The position numbers and the translations under genes were made by a program. A stretch of DNA of 64,000 nucleotides from Utricularia gibba (Eukaryota; Plantae; Magnoliophyta), in contig CM007991.1 in assembly GCA_002189035.1 (NCBI GenBank), forward strand, positions 2,356,001-2,420,000, written 5' to 3'. The notes beneath the pieces are model-generated. The model was not told where the DNA came from. It saw nothing but the letters and a program-made list of their open reading frames with translations, and did not search any database. Below are positions 35,025 through 48,677 of this stretch, in pieces. Each line of letters starts with the position of its first letter. Position 1 is the stretch's first letter.

Positions 35025-38000
35025 TCAGCAGCCACCTTGCAGAGGTTTAGATGATGCTTCTTGTATGTAGGCTAATGCCTCCTCCTCTGAGAGTTGCTTC
35101 CCTTGCACCAACCCTTGAATCAATGTATCAGAGTAATCTTTTGAAGGCGGATTCACCGGAACCCGGCCACAGATGAAGCTATCGATATCTGAGAGTGTGC
35201 ACCTGAGTGCAAATATTTACATAGGAATCATGGAGTAGAGAGTTCAGCAGTCTGCAGCATTAGATAGATGAGGGGCGGCTGAGATCTAACAAGGCACTTA
35301 CGTCATGGTGAGAACTGGCAAATCTTGTTCCTCCCCAAGTAAACAACGTTTCTGTACCAGCCACTCTGTACACGAGGAGGAGTACAACAACCAATGAATG
35401 TTGTAAGCATGCTCTGGGAAAAATGGGTGTTTACTGAGTCTCAGATGGTGTAGAACTGACCTTGAGTGATTCCACTGTGATTTGCTTTTCTGTCTGCAGA
35501 GTCTGCAATGCCGCAAGGTCGATGAGGGGGCTATCGAAGCTAGCAATATTCTCTTGAAGCAGGACATCGTTGAATTGTTCAAGCCTAAAGAAAAAAGAGA
35601 AGTTGCTTGTTTCTGATTGAAATGTGAGTCTTAGCAACGAAAAAAAGGAATAGTGAGCGCATACGTGATTTTGTACAGGCACATGATGGCTTTATCCTCT
35701 GCGTTAGCCGAGGGGTGAAGAAAAGCAACACCTCCAAGACCCCATGTTGCAGTCCTTTCACGAGCAAAGAACAAGCGATGAGGGAAAGTTTTCCACATGA
35801 TATCTTTAGGCATGCTCTTGTCCCTCGAACCTACAGATGACCTTTTCATCCCTATCATCTGGAATATACACGAGAAAGGTCTCAGGACAAGCGAATTCAT
35901 ATGGAATGCAGAATCAGAGATACTCTACCTGTCCACCTTCTATGTAACAGCGCAGCCTTGATGCATTCATATTCGACCCATAAGTTGCATACCAGACATT
36001 AACTTTTGAGAATTCTGAACGCCATGAACACAGAGCAGAATCTACTTCTGTGTCTGCAAACAATCAACAATGCATTCAAGAAGGTACTCCCCTAAATGCC
36101 CTTGTTCCTTGTTGTGGATTAAAAATCAAATCTCTTACTACCTTTAATTGCTCCAACGAGTTGAAGGCCTTCGAGAGGTCTCAAAACATCATCAATATTC
36201 TATAAAAAAATCGACCATTTTTAATCAGGGAATGAATACTTATTAAGTCAATGATTGACATACTTATTATTGATAGATAACATACATTTCATGACCTTGA
36301 CATGGTGAAAAATGAAAATAAGTAGATGATTGAGAATAGTTACATCAAACTGCCGTGATTCATCAATGAATTCCTCATCTGTCACACCAAGAGTTGGCCA
36401 ATATGAACTTAGTTCCCTACGCACCTAACAAATTTTGACAGTTGAAGAGGACCATTCAACTACTCAGAAGTGAAACGATTCAATTAACTATTACCTGGCG
36501 GATAACTCGCCATGTGGATTCAAGAGGATTGTTTCCCCTAGGCTTAACAAGAGGTATCTCCTCTAACAACACTTGCACACATGCTTCTACTGAAGCTGAG
36601 ATGGAGTCAAGATTGTATCCTCCTTCAAGGGCCATGACGATTTTTCCTCCAGAAAACTCCATCAACTATGGAAGGTAGAAGGATAATTTAATATGGTAAA
36701 CGCGGAGGAAAGCAAAGGAGAGAATATGAAAAAAAGACATCAGATAGCACACGATTTCATTAACTGATTCATTTTCTAACCTTCTGAAGCATAATGGAGT
36801 ACCCCAAAGGAGTGACTAGACAGCCTCCCAAAGGATCTCCTAGGGCTGATCAAGTTCAGACAACGAAAAATATTCATAAACCATCAGCTGTTTCTCAGTT
36901 AAGTATAATATTGCATTAACGAGGAACATATTTCACTAGGAGGGTTAAGGGATGTAACCATGCCAAATCTACTATGATGAATGAAGTCTGAGGGAAATGC
37001 TATTGACAACGGTATAATTCAAGTACAACAAGACATCCAATACTTGTAAAAAGTGCAAAGAGGGGAAGTCAAATAGAAACCACAAACCTGCATCAAAACC
37101 AGCTGAAATAAACACCATGTCAGGATTGAATTCCTTAGCAACAGGGAGTAATATGTGATCCCAAACCGCCAAATAGTCAGCATCTCCATGGCCAGGACCC
37201 TCCCAAGGGACATTAATATTATATCCAGCTCCCGAACCTTGTCCAGTCATTTCATATGAACCATCATCACCACCAGGATAGAAAGTCCCAAAGTCATGCC
37301 TAATGAAGGATAGAGATAATGGCATAAAAATCATAATATGACATCAAGACAATTATTTCACATATATGCCCGGAAAATTAAACAAAAAGTGGAAAATTTC
37401 TACTTCAAAGAATCATGATATTTCATATAGCTTAATTCAACCAGTAGACATTGAACTAAATAAAAGCATCAGCAATTGAGTACCTTCTACTAGATGCAAT
37501 GAACTGAAATGATACATGAGATACGGCTGTCATTGAAGACAATGCGAATAAATGAAAGGCATAGTTTACAGAAGCACAATTATTCCAAAATATATATTTC
37601 TGTTTTGTGATTACATCATCAGACTGGAATTGGAAATTCTCATACCTATGAACCGAGAAGAAAAGAACTTGAGGATCATTGTAGAACATCTTTTGTGTTC
37701 CATTTCCATGATGCACATCCCAGTCAACAATCAGTATCTTCTTGATTCCCAATTCTTGCTACAACACGTGAGATAGTAAAAGAGAATGCCAAATTGCCAT
37801 GTTTCCAGAACTAAGTGAATTACGAGAAAGTTACTCACTCTTTTGTTTAACAGATAACTAGTCGCAACAGCAACATTGTTATACAAGCAAAAGCCCATTG
37901 GTTGGGTTTCCTCAGCATGATGTCCAGGAGGGCGAACAATAGCAAAACAAGAATTAAGTTCACTTTTAGCAACCTTCTCCATGGCCTATTAGGAATTTGC

Positions 38001-38781
38001 ACAACAAAATCACCGGCTGACAAAAAACGGTACCTCAAAAATCCAATTATTCACTAGGAAAGCTGTCAAACAATTTAAAAGCAAGCATGGTCATCATAGA
38101 TAGACCATCGATTTCTTTTATCTGCTCAACAAAGAAGCACCAAACCTCTATAACTGAGCCAGCAGCAAGAGAGGCAGCCTCTGAAGAGCCTTCACTGAAA
38201 TAGATAGAGTTGAATCTTGCAGCAATTCGGTTTCTTTTTTTCTGTGGCATTGTGGAGCTAACAATATTCTTTATCAAATTAACATGATATTTCGAATGAA
38301 CCAAGCTTAGTTGACTATCCTCCGCATATCTAGCATCCAGGATAATACATCTGTAACCAAATATTTTAAATGAAATCAACAGTAACTTCATGATAACTCA
38401 TCATACCTATATTATAACTTTTTTACAATGCAGACCACACAGTCTCCACATTGGCCAGGCTAATAACATGGAATCATTCAGATACTGATGAAAATATGGA
38501 ACAAAGTATCCATATCAACCAAAGATGGTGTTTTTCCTTCCCAGCATAAGAAAACCATACGAGACCTATTAGCACGAGAGAAAAAAAAAATCCGACCTTT
38601 GAGTGAGCGCAGAAGAGTTAAGCCTATCCCAGATGGCCCTAATTCGATCAGGAGACTCTGGATGGTCCAAGTTGTCGACGTTCAAGTGCCCACACATCCT
38701 CTCATCATAGATCAGGCCAACGCGACGATCTCTTGTTCTACTTACGATGAATGAGCTCCCAGCACCCTCTTCCGACTCCAT
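35025..38781 (-). CDS. HDA5: Class II RPD3/HDA1 histone deacetylase, HDA5-like, with plant C-terminal extension
   Basis: [64 protein letters not shown]-terminal [10 protein letters not shown]...[12 protein letters not shown]...[14 protein letters not shown]. Frameshift at the C4 run 35333-35336. Confidence 0.93.
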
Positions 38782-39296
38782 AACTTTCAAGGATTGGTTA
38801 ACGCAAAACAAGAAAGTACAGAAATAATGGGAACGACAATCGAACGAGACTCAATTATCGCACTATCAAGTATCTTCGTCAAAGAAAGCAGTTTGCAGCA
38901 GTAGTAGTAAAACCCATGATGTACATGTTCCGACTCGCTCCTTCGGACAATCAATCCATCTTGCAACCAACACCTCGATCGCGACCTGAAACAATTCATT
39001 AAATGGCCAGGATCCACAATAATGGACGCTGGGAGAGCATCTTCATTACGCGGTTCGCCTTGCGCACCTATTTCGAGGCTCGGAAGCCTTCCCTCCAAAA
39101 CCTCTACAATTATTTCCCTTAAACTTTTTTATTCTTTTTCAAAATTCAATCGCGGTAAATCCGTATATTGAAAAAATAACACACTACGCTGAGATTAGAA
39201 AGGGGGTTTAAAATAGATTTTAGGAGCAAGTATTGCCTTCTCCTGTGTTTGGATCCTGTGATCAGTTTTTACTGACACTCACTTCCTTGGTGCGCT

Positions 39297-40679
39297 TCAT
39301 TTTCTGTCCTCTAAGCATTTGGGACATTTACAATGGAAGCCATAGTCTGCAAGCAGTCTCTGTCTCTCATTGTAAGGAAGATCCTCATCTATGTAAGATA
39401 TTGTTATCTCTTCTCCAGCTGATATTGGTCTTGCAGCGATTATTGTTGCCTGGCCGTCGCGGTCCTCCTCTCGTTTAAAAGCTTTCGCATTAGGAACACA
39501 GGAGTGGTTCATGCAGCTCTGAAGAGGGAAGAATGCAGTGCCTTGGCAGGGGGCTGAGTAGGACTCATTTCCAAGAGCATCAAGCAAAGGTTCTGTGATC
39601 TTCTCAGCTTCTTCCCGTTCGGAGTGTGGAAGTTCATCAATGTACAGGAAATAGTCCTCCACGGGAGAAGCAACAACCAGATCAAGATTGTTCAGCTCAA
39701 ACATGCCAATTATATGACCATAGATGTCAAGAGAGAACAATGGTGCGCATTCGTCATCATATATGGCCTCCCTCAGAAGTTGCAGTGACTCACGAGCTAA
39801 CTCTTTTATTTCCATTCTGAACTGGGATTCCTCACATGGGTCGACATCTTCTGGCAGAGATATACAGTCCCACCACTTTTTCTTATATCCCATGGAAACT
39901 GGTTTCCATGCCTCAAGCAGCAGAGGAAATGTACCATCGTCCTGGAGAGTAGAATCCTTTTTCTCTCTCTGTTTCTCAATGTGAGATGCTTTCAATTCTC
40001 TGTATCGTAGAAGGATACAGGATATCAACTTAGCTGCAGGGATAAAGATGTCGTTTGTTTCGTTAGCGTGCTTCAGGAATTCCAAGAGTGCCTTTTTATC
40101 CTGCGACGATGATCCAGTACACAGTAGAGAATGAAAGGCATTCCAATCAGCTTCAGCACACAGTTCACTACAATAAAACGCCTCACGGCATCCACCAGGG
40201 CATGACACAACTGGTGGCAACGCAAATTTACTTGTAAAAGGCAGCTTCATGCTTCCATCCATTAAAGATTGGACTACATCACTAGGTATACGAGTTTTCG
40301 ATAAAGAACTATTGCACCCAGATTCATCGGACACAGAGGCATCTAACCCTTGCAAATACAACTTTCTTCCAATTTGAAGCTCTACCGAACCAATGAACTG
40401 AAAACAGAAGCTACACACCAGGCAGTCAAATTTATTAGAACAATGTTGGGCACCAACGAGCATTTTGTCCTTCAAAATAAGGTCACCCTCCTGAAAATTT
40501 ACCTTGCAATAAACCCCTTTCCCATGGGGAGCATCTAGTTTCACTTCTAGCCCAGGGCATCCCCTGTCACCCAAAAGAGCTTCGAAGTACACCCGGAGTT
40601 GAGGAAAAGTGGGAGCGCTCAAAAGAGCCGATATTTTCGGGGAAAACCCCACATCGGTTTCATTGACAGTCGCCACCAT
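39297..40679 (-). CDS. ATXR2: SET/MYND-type histone-lysine methyltransferase ATXR2, intronless
   Basis: Single ORF (extends to 40739). HGKGVY, CLVCSFCFQFIGSVELQIGRKLY, CPGGCREAFYCSELC, FFPLQSCMNHSCVPNA, EEITISYID, YGFHCKCPKC. Confidence 0.93.
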   Translation of the reverse strand: MVATVNETDVGFSPKISALLSAPTFPQLRVYFEALLGDRGCPGLEVKLDAPHGKGVYCKVNFQEGDLILKDKMLVGAQHCSNKFDCLVCSFCFQFIGSVELQIGRKLYLQGLDASVSDESGCNSSLSKTRIPSDVVQSLMDGSMKLPFTSKFALPPVVSCPGGCREAFYCSELCAEADWNAFHSLLCTGSSSQDKKALLEFLKHANETNDIFIPAAKLISCILLRYRELKASHIEKQREKKDSTLQDDGTFPLLLEAWKPVSMGYKKKWWDCISLPEDVDPCEESQFRMEIKELARESLQLLREAIYDDECAPLFSLDIYGHIIGMFELNNLDLVVASPVEDYFLYIDELPHSEREEAEKITEPLLDALGNESYSAPCQGTAFFPLQSCMNHSCVPNAKAFKREEDRDGQATIIAARPISAGEEITISYIDEDLPYNERQRLLADYGFHCKCPKCLEDRK

Positions 40680-41143
40680 TTTCGACTCTGCCTTACAAAC
40701 TGCAGCAACGGAACTCAGCAGCAAAACGGCAGAGATCAATCGAAATCGAAATCCGACAAGAGAACTTCCCGTGTTAGAAGCACTATGCCCAGGAACTGGA
40801 AAACTGGAGGCGGAAACCCAAGCATTCTTCTTTGTTATATTGGGCTAATAGCCTGCCTAATGGGCTTCTATCATTTACTCTTCTTCTTAATACTTTATTA
40901 TTTAGTTATTTTTTGAAATGGTGGCGGCGGCCGGCCGGCCGGCCAAATCTGAGCGGCTCTTGGAACTTGAATTCCAACTTTCAAGTTTGAAAATCCAAGC
41001 TTGAACTGCAGAGAACAAAGTTCTATCTGTCATCAGCTGTGTTCATCTCAGAAGTGTAAAGCTATCTGCACAGACATCTACTGTGCCAGCTAGACTCGTG
41101 GGCCATATAACGCCGTCCAGCAGAGGCCATTCTCATCCTGTCT

Positions 41144-43532
41144 TCACCGTGAGCTGCGGCACCGGCCGCCGGTGTCTTGTTTCAGGGGATTAAAGACTCC
41201 CCACAGGTAGTACCTTCCCTTCCAGCCTGAGAAAAGTGAGTAAATCATGCTTTTATTCCATATTCTTAAACTATCATGCGAACACAAGTAGCAAAACTCA
41301 CGTTGGCACTTGGTGTCCAGCAGCTTTGATGTGAAGACAAAAAGTTCGATGTCATCAACCTGCTTCCTCAATGCGTACATTTTTGAAGAGATGAACTCTA
41401 CCAAGGAGGCATACCACCCATCCCAACTGTGAGGTAGACAAGTAAGAAAGTGAAAAGCATATGCATTTGTGAATGAAAATAAGTGTTTCGATTCAGAAAT
41501 CAGAGCCACCTCGATTCTCCCGGGAAGAAAAAGAGAGCAATGTCCCTTTCATCAGGTGTAGAGTCTTTGAACAACTGATCCCAACATTGCTGGGATGGAA
41601 CAGCTTGGAAGCATAGCCATTCAGGCATCTTCTTGGGGAACTCGTAGATGATTCGAAGAACTTGAGAAGGTGGATGAGCTTTAAGATGGTGATGCACTTT
41701 GCAGTTTCCATATTCAAATCGCAAAGAGATGTTTCCTCTGATAAAATGACGGAGCACCAGAAATCGGTGAAGATGAAAGAATGTCACTTCGATTAAAAAA
41801 GGCAAGGTTTATAATAGAAACTTACATCCAAAAAGTCCTCGAGGCAGGAGTGCATCCTTCATTCTTGACATGGGAAGTCCCAGGTCTGCAAGCTCGATCT
41901 CTATGTGACAGAAGCTCTGGGATTAACTTCTTTTGAGGAGTTATAGCTCTTGAAGCTTCCTTCTTAGGTGCTTCCCTGCGCGTTGGGGCTTGAACAAGAC
42001 TTGTGCTGGGCAGTGATATTCGAATACCTGTTCAGGCACCAATCGATTTTCAAATGGCAACCAATTACAAATGAGACACATAGATCAATCAACCTCAATC
42101 ACACCCATGTAAATGTACTAGTGAAGTTATAAACATCACCCTAAACTAGTGACAAGAACTCCACAAAACCTAGAAGAAGATATCGAATACTTGGACTAGT
42201 TCCGTAAGATTTTCCAAAAACATCAAAAAGCTTAGATCTACTGTCTCTAACTGAGCATTGAGTTTGATACTTTGTTGAGATTGCATCTCCGCAGTTCGAG
42301 TTAAACACGTCTTCTTACCATGATGGGTTTTAGAGAAGGATTTTTTTCCCCTAGATTCAAGGGCACGAACTTCATTTAAACCTAGACTCACTGTCTTGCC
42401 ACCATCAGGAAAAATCTCCTTAGCCACCTTACATTTCCGTGATTTTCTCTTCATCCTTCTACTACTCGCAGGCATTCCACTGTCATTTTTTTCTGCCACA
42501 GGGTTGACTGATATTGACTGTCCTGCATCCTCACTCGGCTTCGATACCAACTTTCTTGCTTGATTGCTGGATGCACAACCTTCACAAATCCATTTACCAA
42601 CAACCTTCTTTTGGTATTCTTTCATGCAGTAACTAGCCTTAGCAACGGGCATAATTAATTTAAACATCAAAACAAGGAAAGTACAAAATTTCAGGAATCA
42701 ATAGCAATGAATTGTACCAGGGAAAGTAACTCTACTTTCCAACAATCACTACGCCAGTTGCAAATGACAGCACATGGAAATACAGAACAACAAATACTCA
42801 ACAAATTGGGAAAAGGAGAACTCAGGGAGCTTACTTGTGTGCTCTGCTTATTTTACACTGATAGCAGGTAATGAGTGCACCCAAGCGAGCTACGTCACCA
42901 CAGATCTCGCAAGGTCGTTCCTGCCGGCAAAACGTTAGTTCCAATTCTTGCACACCAAAAAGTTTTGTTTGGTCTTAAAGCTTCAAAAGAGAAAAATGCA
43001 AATGTGTGTTGAGTTTCTTGTTAATGACCCAGGGGAGTTGGAAATGATTCATCACAGGCATTGAAGATGAAAACCTGAACCACGGGAAGTGATTTCGGTA
43101 TACGTTAGCAGGGTAATACCGAGAGATTTCGACATGAATTTCGAAAATAGACCTTCAGTAACTACAAAGAAATATTGCATGCGCAAGAAAGCAGCGAAAT
43201 CACGGATCTCGCTATTGTATTGAAACAACAACAAAAGCATATTGTCCATAGTTGAATAAAAAGAACATCAGCATTCTTTCAAATCCAAAGCGTAACATGA
43301 AACCAAACAAGAGAACAGCACGTAAACGCCCAAGAAAACAACCGCCATTTTCTGAGCGTTTGGGTAGAAAAACAGAAAGTACCATTTGTTCAGATTTCAG
43401 CGCCGGCCCGTTGCCACAACCATTAACTCGATGAGAACTTCACGTATCCCCACAATCACGTACACGGTCGGCGCTACATGAAAGCGAGAAGAGAAGAATC
43501 GGGAAGGAGGGAAAGAAGCAAGTTCGAACCAT
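41144..43532 (-). CDS. PHD finger protein with C-terminal AIPP2-type SPOC-like domain (PHD1-6/AIPP2-related family)
   Basis: Putative ATG micro-exon at 43532-43530. Exons 42920-42835 and 42632 onward give a C4HC3 PHD (CEIC, CYQC, HNYC, CEGC). FWIGNI...LKAHPPSQV...WDQLFKDSTPDERDIALFFFP...LRKQVDDIELFVFTSKLL...YYLWGVF. Confidence 0.8.
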
Positions 43533-44072
43533 CTAATGGCGGTATCAACGAAGTAGCCCTGAAACTTTCTTTACTGTGAAAGACGCTACTTCTGCAGCAC
43601 GCTCCGTAAGTTGGTTCTTGTAGTCGAAGAAGGCTTCTCAGGACAATTTTGTAATAAAATAATCTAAATTAATTGTGATATTTTTAGTCTCGAAAATGGG
43701 CTTGAATACTATTTTTAGAAACCCTCTGAAAAAATGGGAAATGTACTAAGCTGGGCCTTGACGCTTGGGCTTCATCGGACTGATTGGGCCCAAGAACTGG
43801 ATGTTTCTTCTTCTTCTTCGATTTTACGAGACAAAAACCAGTCGTTTGGTTCTGTTACCTCCGATTTTGCACACTTCAGACAATTTGTGGGATTTTTTTT
43901 TGTTTCGATTTAAGTTGCAGCGGATTTGTTCCCCTACCCAACTTCGAAATTCATTACCAAGGTGCCCCAGGTCTTTTATTGAGGAACTTCACTTGTCTTT
44001 TCAGACACTGGTACTGACTTACGAATGGAATTCTGCACTCAATTTTACGAAGTATCCTAAAGTTGGCAGTGC

Positions 44073-46267
44073 ATGCCTTCTAGGATGCTAAAATGCATTC
44101 CTGTTTGTCAGTATGAACGGCTGTTACCTCTAAAATGGCGAAATGTGAGAACACAATTGGAAAATCAGAAGAAAGGTAGGGAGGCATCATTTGACAGCCA
44201 GCTGAGGTACACAGGCTTTCTTGCGGATACTGATGGGGGCGTTAATAGCCTTCTAACAACCTTGCAAGATAGTGCCACCCGTGGTCATTTATCCCGTGCC
44301 ATGGGGATATTTTCTCTCATTCAAGGCCATGCGCTCGCTTCCCCTTCTTCCCATTTTCTTTGGATGCATTGTCGGTTCTTTTGGTGGCATTTACCAAATT
44401 CAAGCTGCTTCTAGAAGGTAAACAGCTACATGCTCAAGCTATTACCTCTGGTTTTGATAAAAATTATGCCTTTGTGCCAAAGCTTGTTTCTTTCTACAGA
44501 GCACTTGACTTGCTTGATGATGCTTATTTGATAACTTCCAGTTCAAATGTCTTGCATCCTTTCACTTGGAATAGCCTCATTTCATCGTATGTAAGTAAAG
44601 GGTGCTTTCAGGAAGCTATCTTTGCCTATGAACAGATGTGTAATAAGGGAATAACGCCCGATCAATTCACCTATCCATCCGTTATCAAGGCTTGTGCATT
44701 GCAGTTGAATATTGATTATGGAAGAGAAGTTCACAAATCAGTTAATGCTTCCTCTTTGAACTCCAACTTGTTTGTGCAGAATGCTTTGATCTCTATGTAT
44801 GGGAAATTTGGTGACCTTGCTACTGCACGCAGCATATTTGACAGAATTCCAGTCAAGGATGATGTTTCATGTAACTCAATGATATTTGGGTATATCTCCA
44901 TGGGTAAGTTGTCTGAGGCTTCAGAGCTTTCTGAGACCATGCGGGAAGCTGGTTTTGAATTTAATATTTTGACCTGGAACATGATTGTTGGAGGTTTCTT
45001 GAAGGCAGGTGACTTTGAGGGGGCTCTTGAATTGATACGCAAGATGAGAATAAGATGCAAATTTTTAGATCCAGTTTCAGTTGTTGATGGCTTAAAGGCA
45101 TGTTCTGAGATGAGTGCTCTGAAACTTGGGAAAGAACTTCATGGCTTTGCAGTTCGAAATTTACTCTTAGATCACAACACTATACAAAACTCGCTAATTA
45201 CACTGTACTGTCGATGCCAAGATTTCAAACATGCTCGTATGGTGTTCACGTTAATTGAGGAGAAGACCATCATTTCCTGGAACTCAATTGTGTCTGGGTT
45301 TGCTCAGTGGGACTGTCTGGAAGATGCTACGTTTCTCTTCAGAAATCTCTTTCCTGCTGGTTATAAACCTAACGTTGCCACACTTGCTAGCATTCTCCCT
45401 GTTTGTGCTCGTTTCTCAAACTTGCGGTATGGGAAGGAGCTCCACTGTTATATTCTTCGAGATGAAGAACTTGCCACTCATTTGCGTCTTTGGAATGCAC
45501 TTATTGAGGTATACGCAAGATCAGGCAGGGTAACTATGGCAAGAAGGCTGTTCGATTTGCTGGAAAAGAAAGATGTCATAACGTACACTTCTATGATAAC
45601 TGGATATGGTCTACAGGGGAATGGTAAAATTGCGGTTCAGCTTTTTAAAAAAATGGAAAAATCCCACATAGAACCAGATGCTGTTGCAATGGTTGCTGTC
45701 TTATCAGCATGCAGTCATTCAGGCCTTGTAAGTCATGGCCAGCATTTCTTTCGAACCATGCAACATATTTATGGTTTAACTCCGAACTTGGATCATTTTT
45801 CTTGCATGGCTGATCTTTACGGAAGAGCCAGCTTACTGCACAAAGCTAAAGACATTATTTTGAGAATGCCTTACGAGCCAACTGCAGAAATGTGGGCAAC
45901 CCTTATTGGAGCGTGTTCTGTCCATGGAAACACAGAAATTGGGGAATGGGCAGCTGACAGACTACTGGAGATGAAGTCTCAGCAACCAGGTCACTATGCT
46001 CTTATTGCAAACATGTATGCTGCTGCTGGTTTTTGGAGAAAACTTGCCCAAGTAAGGACATTAATGAGGGACATGGGCGTTGTAAAAGACCCTGGGTGTG
46101 CTTGGGTTGATCTTGGAGCTGGTTTCTCTCAATTCACAGCCGAAGATACATCCAACAGTCAGGTGGAAGAAATATATAGTTTGCTGGTAGGACTGGGTAA
46201 ACATATGAAAGACATCATCACTTTAGACCTTGAGTATTCTCTAACCGAGGAAGGACTTCTTCCATGA
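44073..46267 (+). CDS. PLS-class PPR protein, E subgroup (At1g71490/At1g22830-like); frameshift at ~44341-44361
   Basis: 635-aa PLS/E ORF ending KDPGCAWVD. The upstream ORF from ATG 44073 (...RGHLSRAMGIFSLIQ) supplies the family N-terminus in another frame. Confidence 0.88.
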
Positions 46268-47317
46268 GATTGGAAAATTTGGCAGGTGCCTAATCATGCA
46301 GTAAAACAAATTTCTTGAATATAAATAGGTGCTACGCAAAGTCAATGCTAACCAACAAAAGATTGTACTCTGCCCATTCTTGATTGATGAAAAGAGGGGT
46401 AAACATCCACTGTCATTCCATCAGTTGACATCATTCAACGGCATCAAGTGCCTTCTTTATGTTCTCACAATGGCAGGGCAAATTGAGAAATGCACCAGCA
46501 AGTGTAGCCTGAAGGTTGAAGAAATGTTCATGTTATCCAATCTTACTGCTTCAAGTAAATTTCAGACGCTACATTTCAGGTAAGAAATATTTATAAAAAG
46601 GGAGATCTGAAGTTCTATTATGAAGGTTCATGCTCGTCCAATATTTTAAGAAGTCCAGATTTGCTTTCCTTTATAGGCTCCTTGTTTTTATATGAATCAC
46701 CATAAAATACATATTATGTTCACACTCTTGAGAACCCCTTTTCATACTCCTGGTACTTGATTTACCTTTTCCTTGTATCCATGGATGCAGTACCTCACAA
46801 GTTAACTTTCATGATTGTAGGGCGACTGACAATGCAATACCGACTCGTAGTGGTTTGTGGAGGAATCACTATCAATGTGGCAAATCATGTAGGGGGCTGA
46901 GCTACAACACTTAGGATGTGAGCTATATCTTCTTCGGATGTTCGATGGCACGAAGAGTGTACCATTAACGGGTTATGATCGGTTTTAGACAGCTTGAATA
47001 ATCTTGATTCTATTCAAACGGTGCTAGGGATAATTAGTCATGTATAGTTGCATTGATGTTTTGATTAGAAGTTGTCTTTAGATGTGATCCTTGGCCGCAG
47101 CCTCCGTAAGTTTTCTCACCTTCCTCGACACATCCATTTTTCAGCGCACTATTTAAATGGAAAACTTGACGGTCAATTGTACAGTTGGAGTTTCACCTGC
47201 TGTGGCTTTCATAAAGCTGAATGTGAAGTTGAAGATTATTTCGGCATGTTGAGTTTTCTTTTGAAGGTTCTTACAACTGATGACCGGGAACATGGGATCC
47301 TGATGTGCTGATTCATG

Positions 47318-48226
47318 CTACTCATCTTGAGTGCTCAAGAAACCACCAATAAATCCAGCGCCATTGCAGTTACCACACAGAATCTCCTTCTTCCCCCTGC
47401 AGTGCCAAAAATAAGAACAAGAACTAAAGGAGGAACCTTAGCTAATGAGCAGCTTAAAACACCTGCAAAGCCAACACAAGCCTCCGGCTTTGAACTGCCC
47501 ATTGAAGTGATCCACTGAATTGACTCCAGTGCCACCACATTGTGTGCATTTTTTGCAACCTAAAATGCCCATGATAGAAAGAACGAATCAAGTAAAAATT
47601 CAAACTTGGACGGATTGCTAATCAAAAACATGAATGAAGATCATCCAGTTGACGAGTCTGCACGCCATACACGTATAGGTAACCAAGGGAAGTGAAAGCA
47701 CTTGGCTTTAGTCAAGTTGCAGAACGCATAAAGAGGTAAACACTTACCATTCCCCTCACAATCGGTACAAAGAATGCTATTTCGCTTGGTGTTTGAGTCG
47801 CTCACAGTTGCCTACAAGTAAGGTGATTCTGAAGAACTCAAATAGAGCCCACAAGGAGAAATACGCTGTCAAGCTTGCATTACCGACAGACCCACAACCA
47901 AGAAATCAAGTTCATGAGGAAAGGGCTCTGCCAACACTTTCAATGCATAATCCTGAAGCAGAACTCAAGAGAATTCAGCCCTAATTCTAGTTTTACGAGT
48001 CACGGAAATAACCTTTATGGGTTCAAATGCAGCACTTCTGGAGTTCCAGGCAGAATTCCAATTCGGTTTCCCGGTATTGCAGCTTCCGACGGAAAGAGCT
48101 GTGAAAAAGCACATCATCAACTTCATGTCTTGTCACTTAACTGAATTATATGCATTTCAAGTGTATACCAGGTTTGGCAATGGTGTTGAGGGAAATGAGA
48201 GGCGAAAAACACAGGGTAATCCCCAT
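47318..48226 (-). CDS. BSD2: BUNDLE SHEATH DEFECTIVE 2, DnaJ-type zinc-finger Rubisco assembly chaperone, 5 exons
   Basis: Exons 48226-48169, 48098-48013, 47811-47748, 47559-47463, 47396-47318 give a transit peptide plus NSILCTDCEGNG-CKKCTQCGGTGVNSVDHFNGQFKAGGLCWLCRGKKEILCGNCNGAGFIGGFLSTQDE*. Confidence 0.95.
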
Positions 48227-48677
48227 TTCTTCACGAGAAGACGGGATTTCCCTCTTCTTCACCACCACAAAACCAGAAAGCAAGATGAGGAAGGAAGTTC
48301 TGGGAATCCCACTGATATATATTTCAGAGGTCGAGGTATAACAGTGAGACTGCAGAGGATAAGGGTTGTAAGAGAAAGGAAAATGGTGTAATATATGTAT
48401 ATATAGTGGACGAGATAAATAAACAAATTCCTGCAAGCCAAAATTCAAGAAGTCAACTTTGGGCAACAGAAAATGCTACATTCCATACCCCGGACGCAGG
48501 GAGCCAGAGAACCTAGAGAACGCGGTTTTCCGGTCCCGGCTGTGTCTCTGTCTGGTACCTTTTCCTCCACTTTTGTCATTTTCAGATTCCTATTTTCCTG
48601 ATGCACAAGCTACCCTCACATTTGGAGAAAAAAAGATTTTTTGCCCTCGCGTGTTGATCGCTGGTGGGTAGGATTCA

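Noticed and set aside
46300-47310. Short ORFs between the PLS-PPR and BSD2
   Set aside because: No coding signature; convergent 3' UTR or intergenic sequence.
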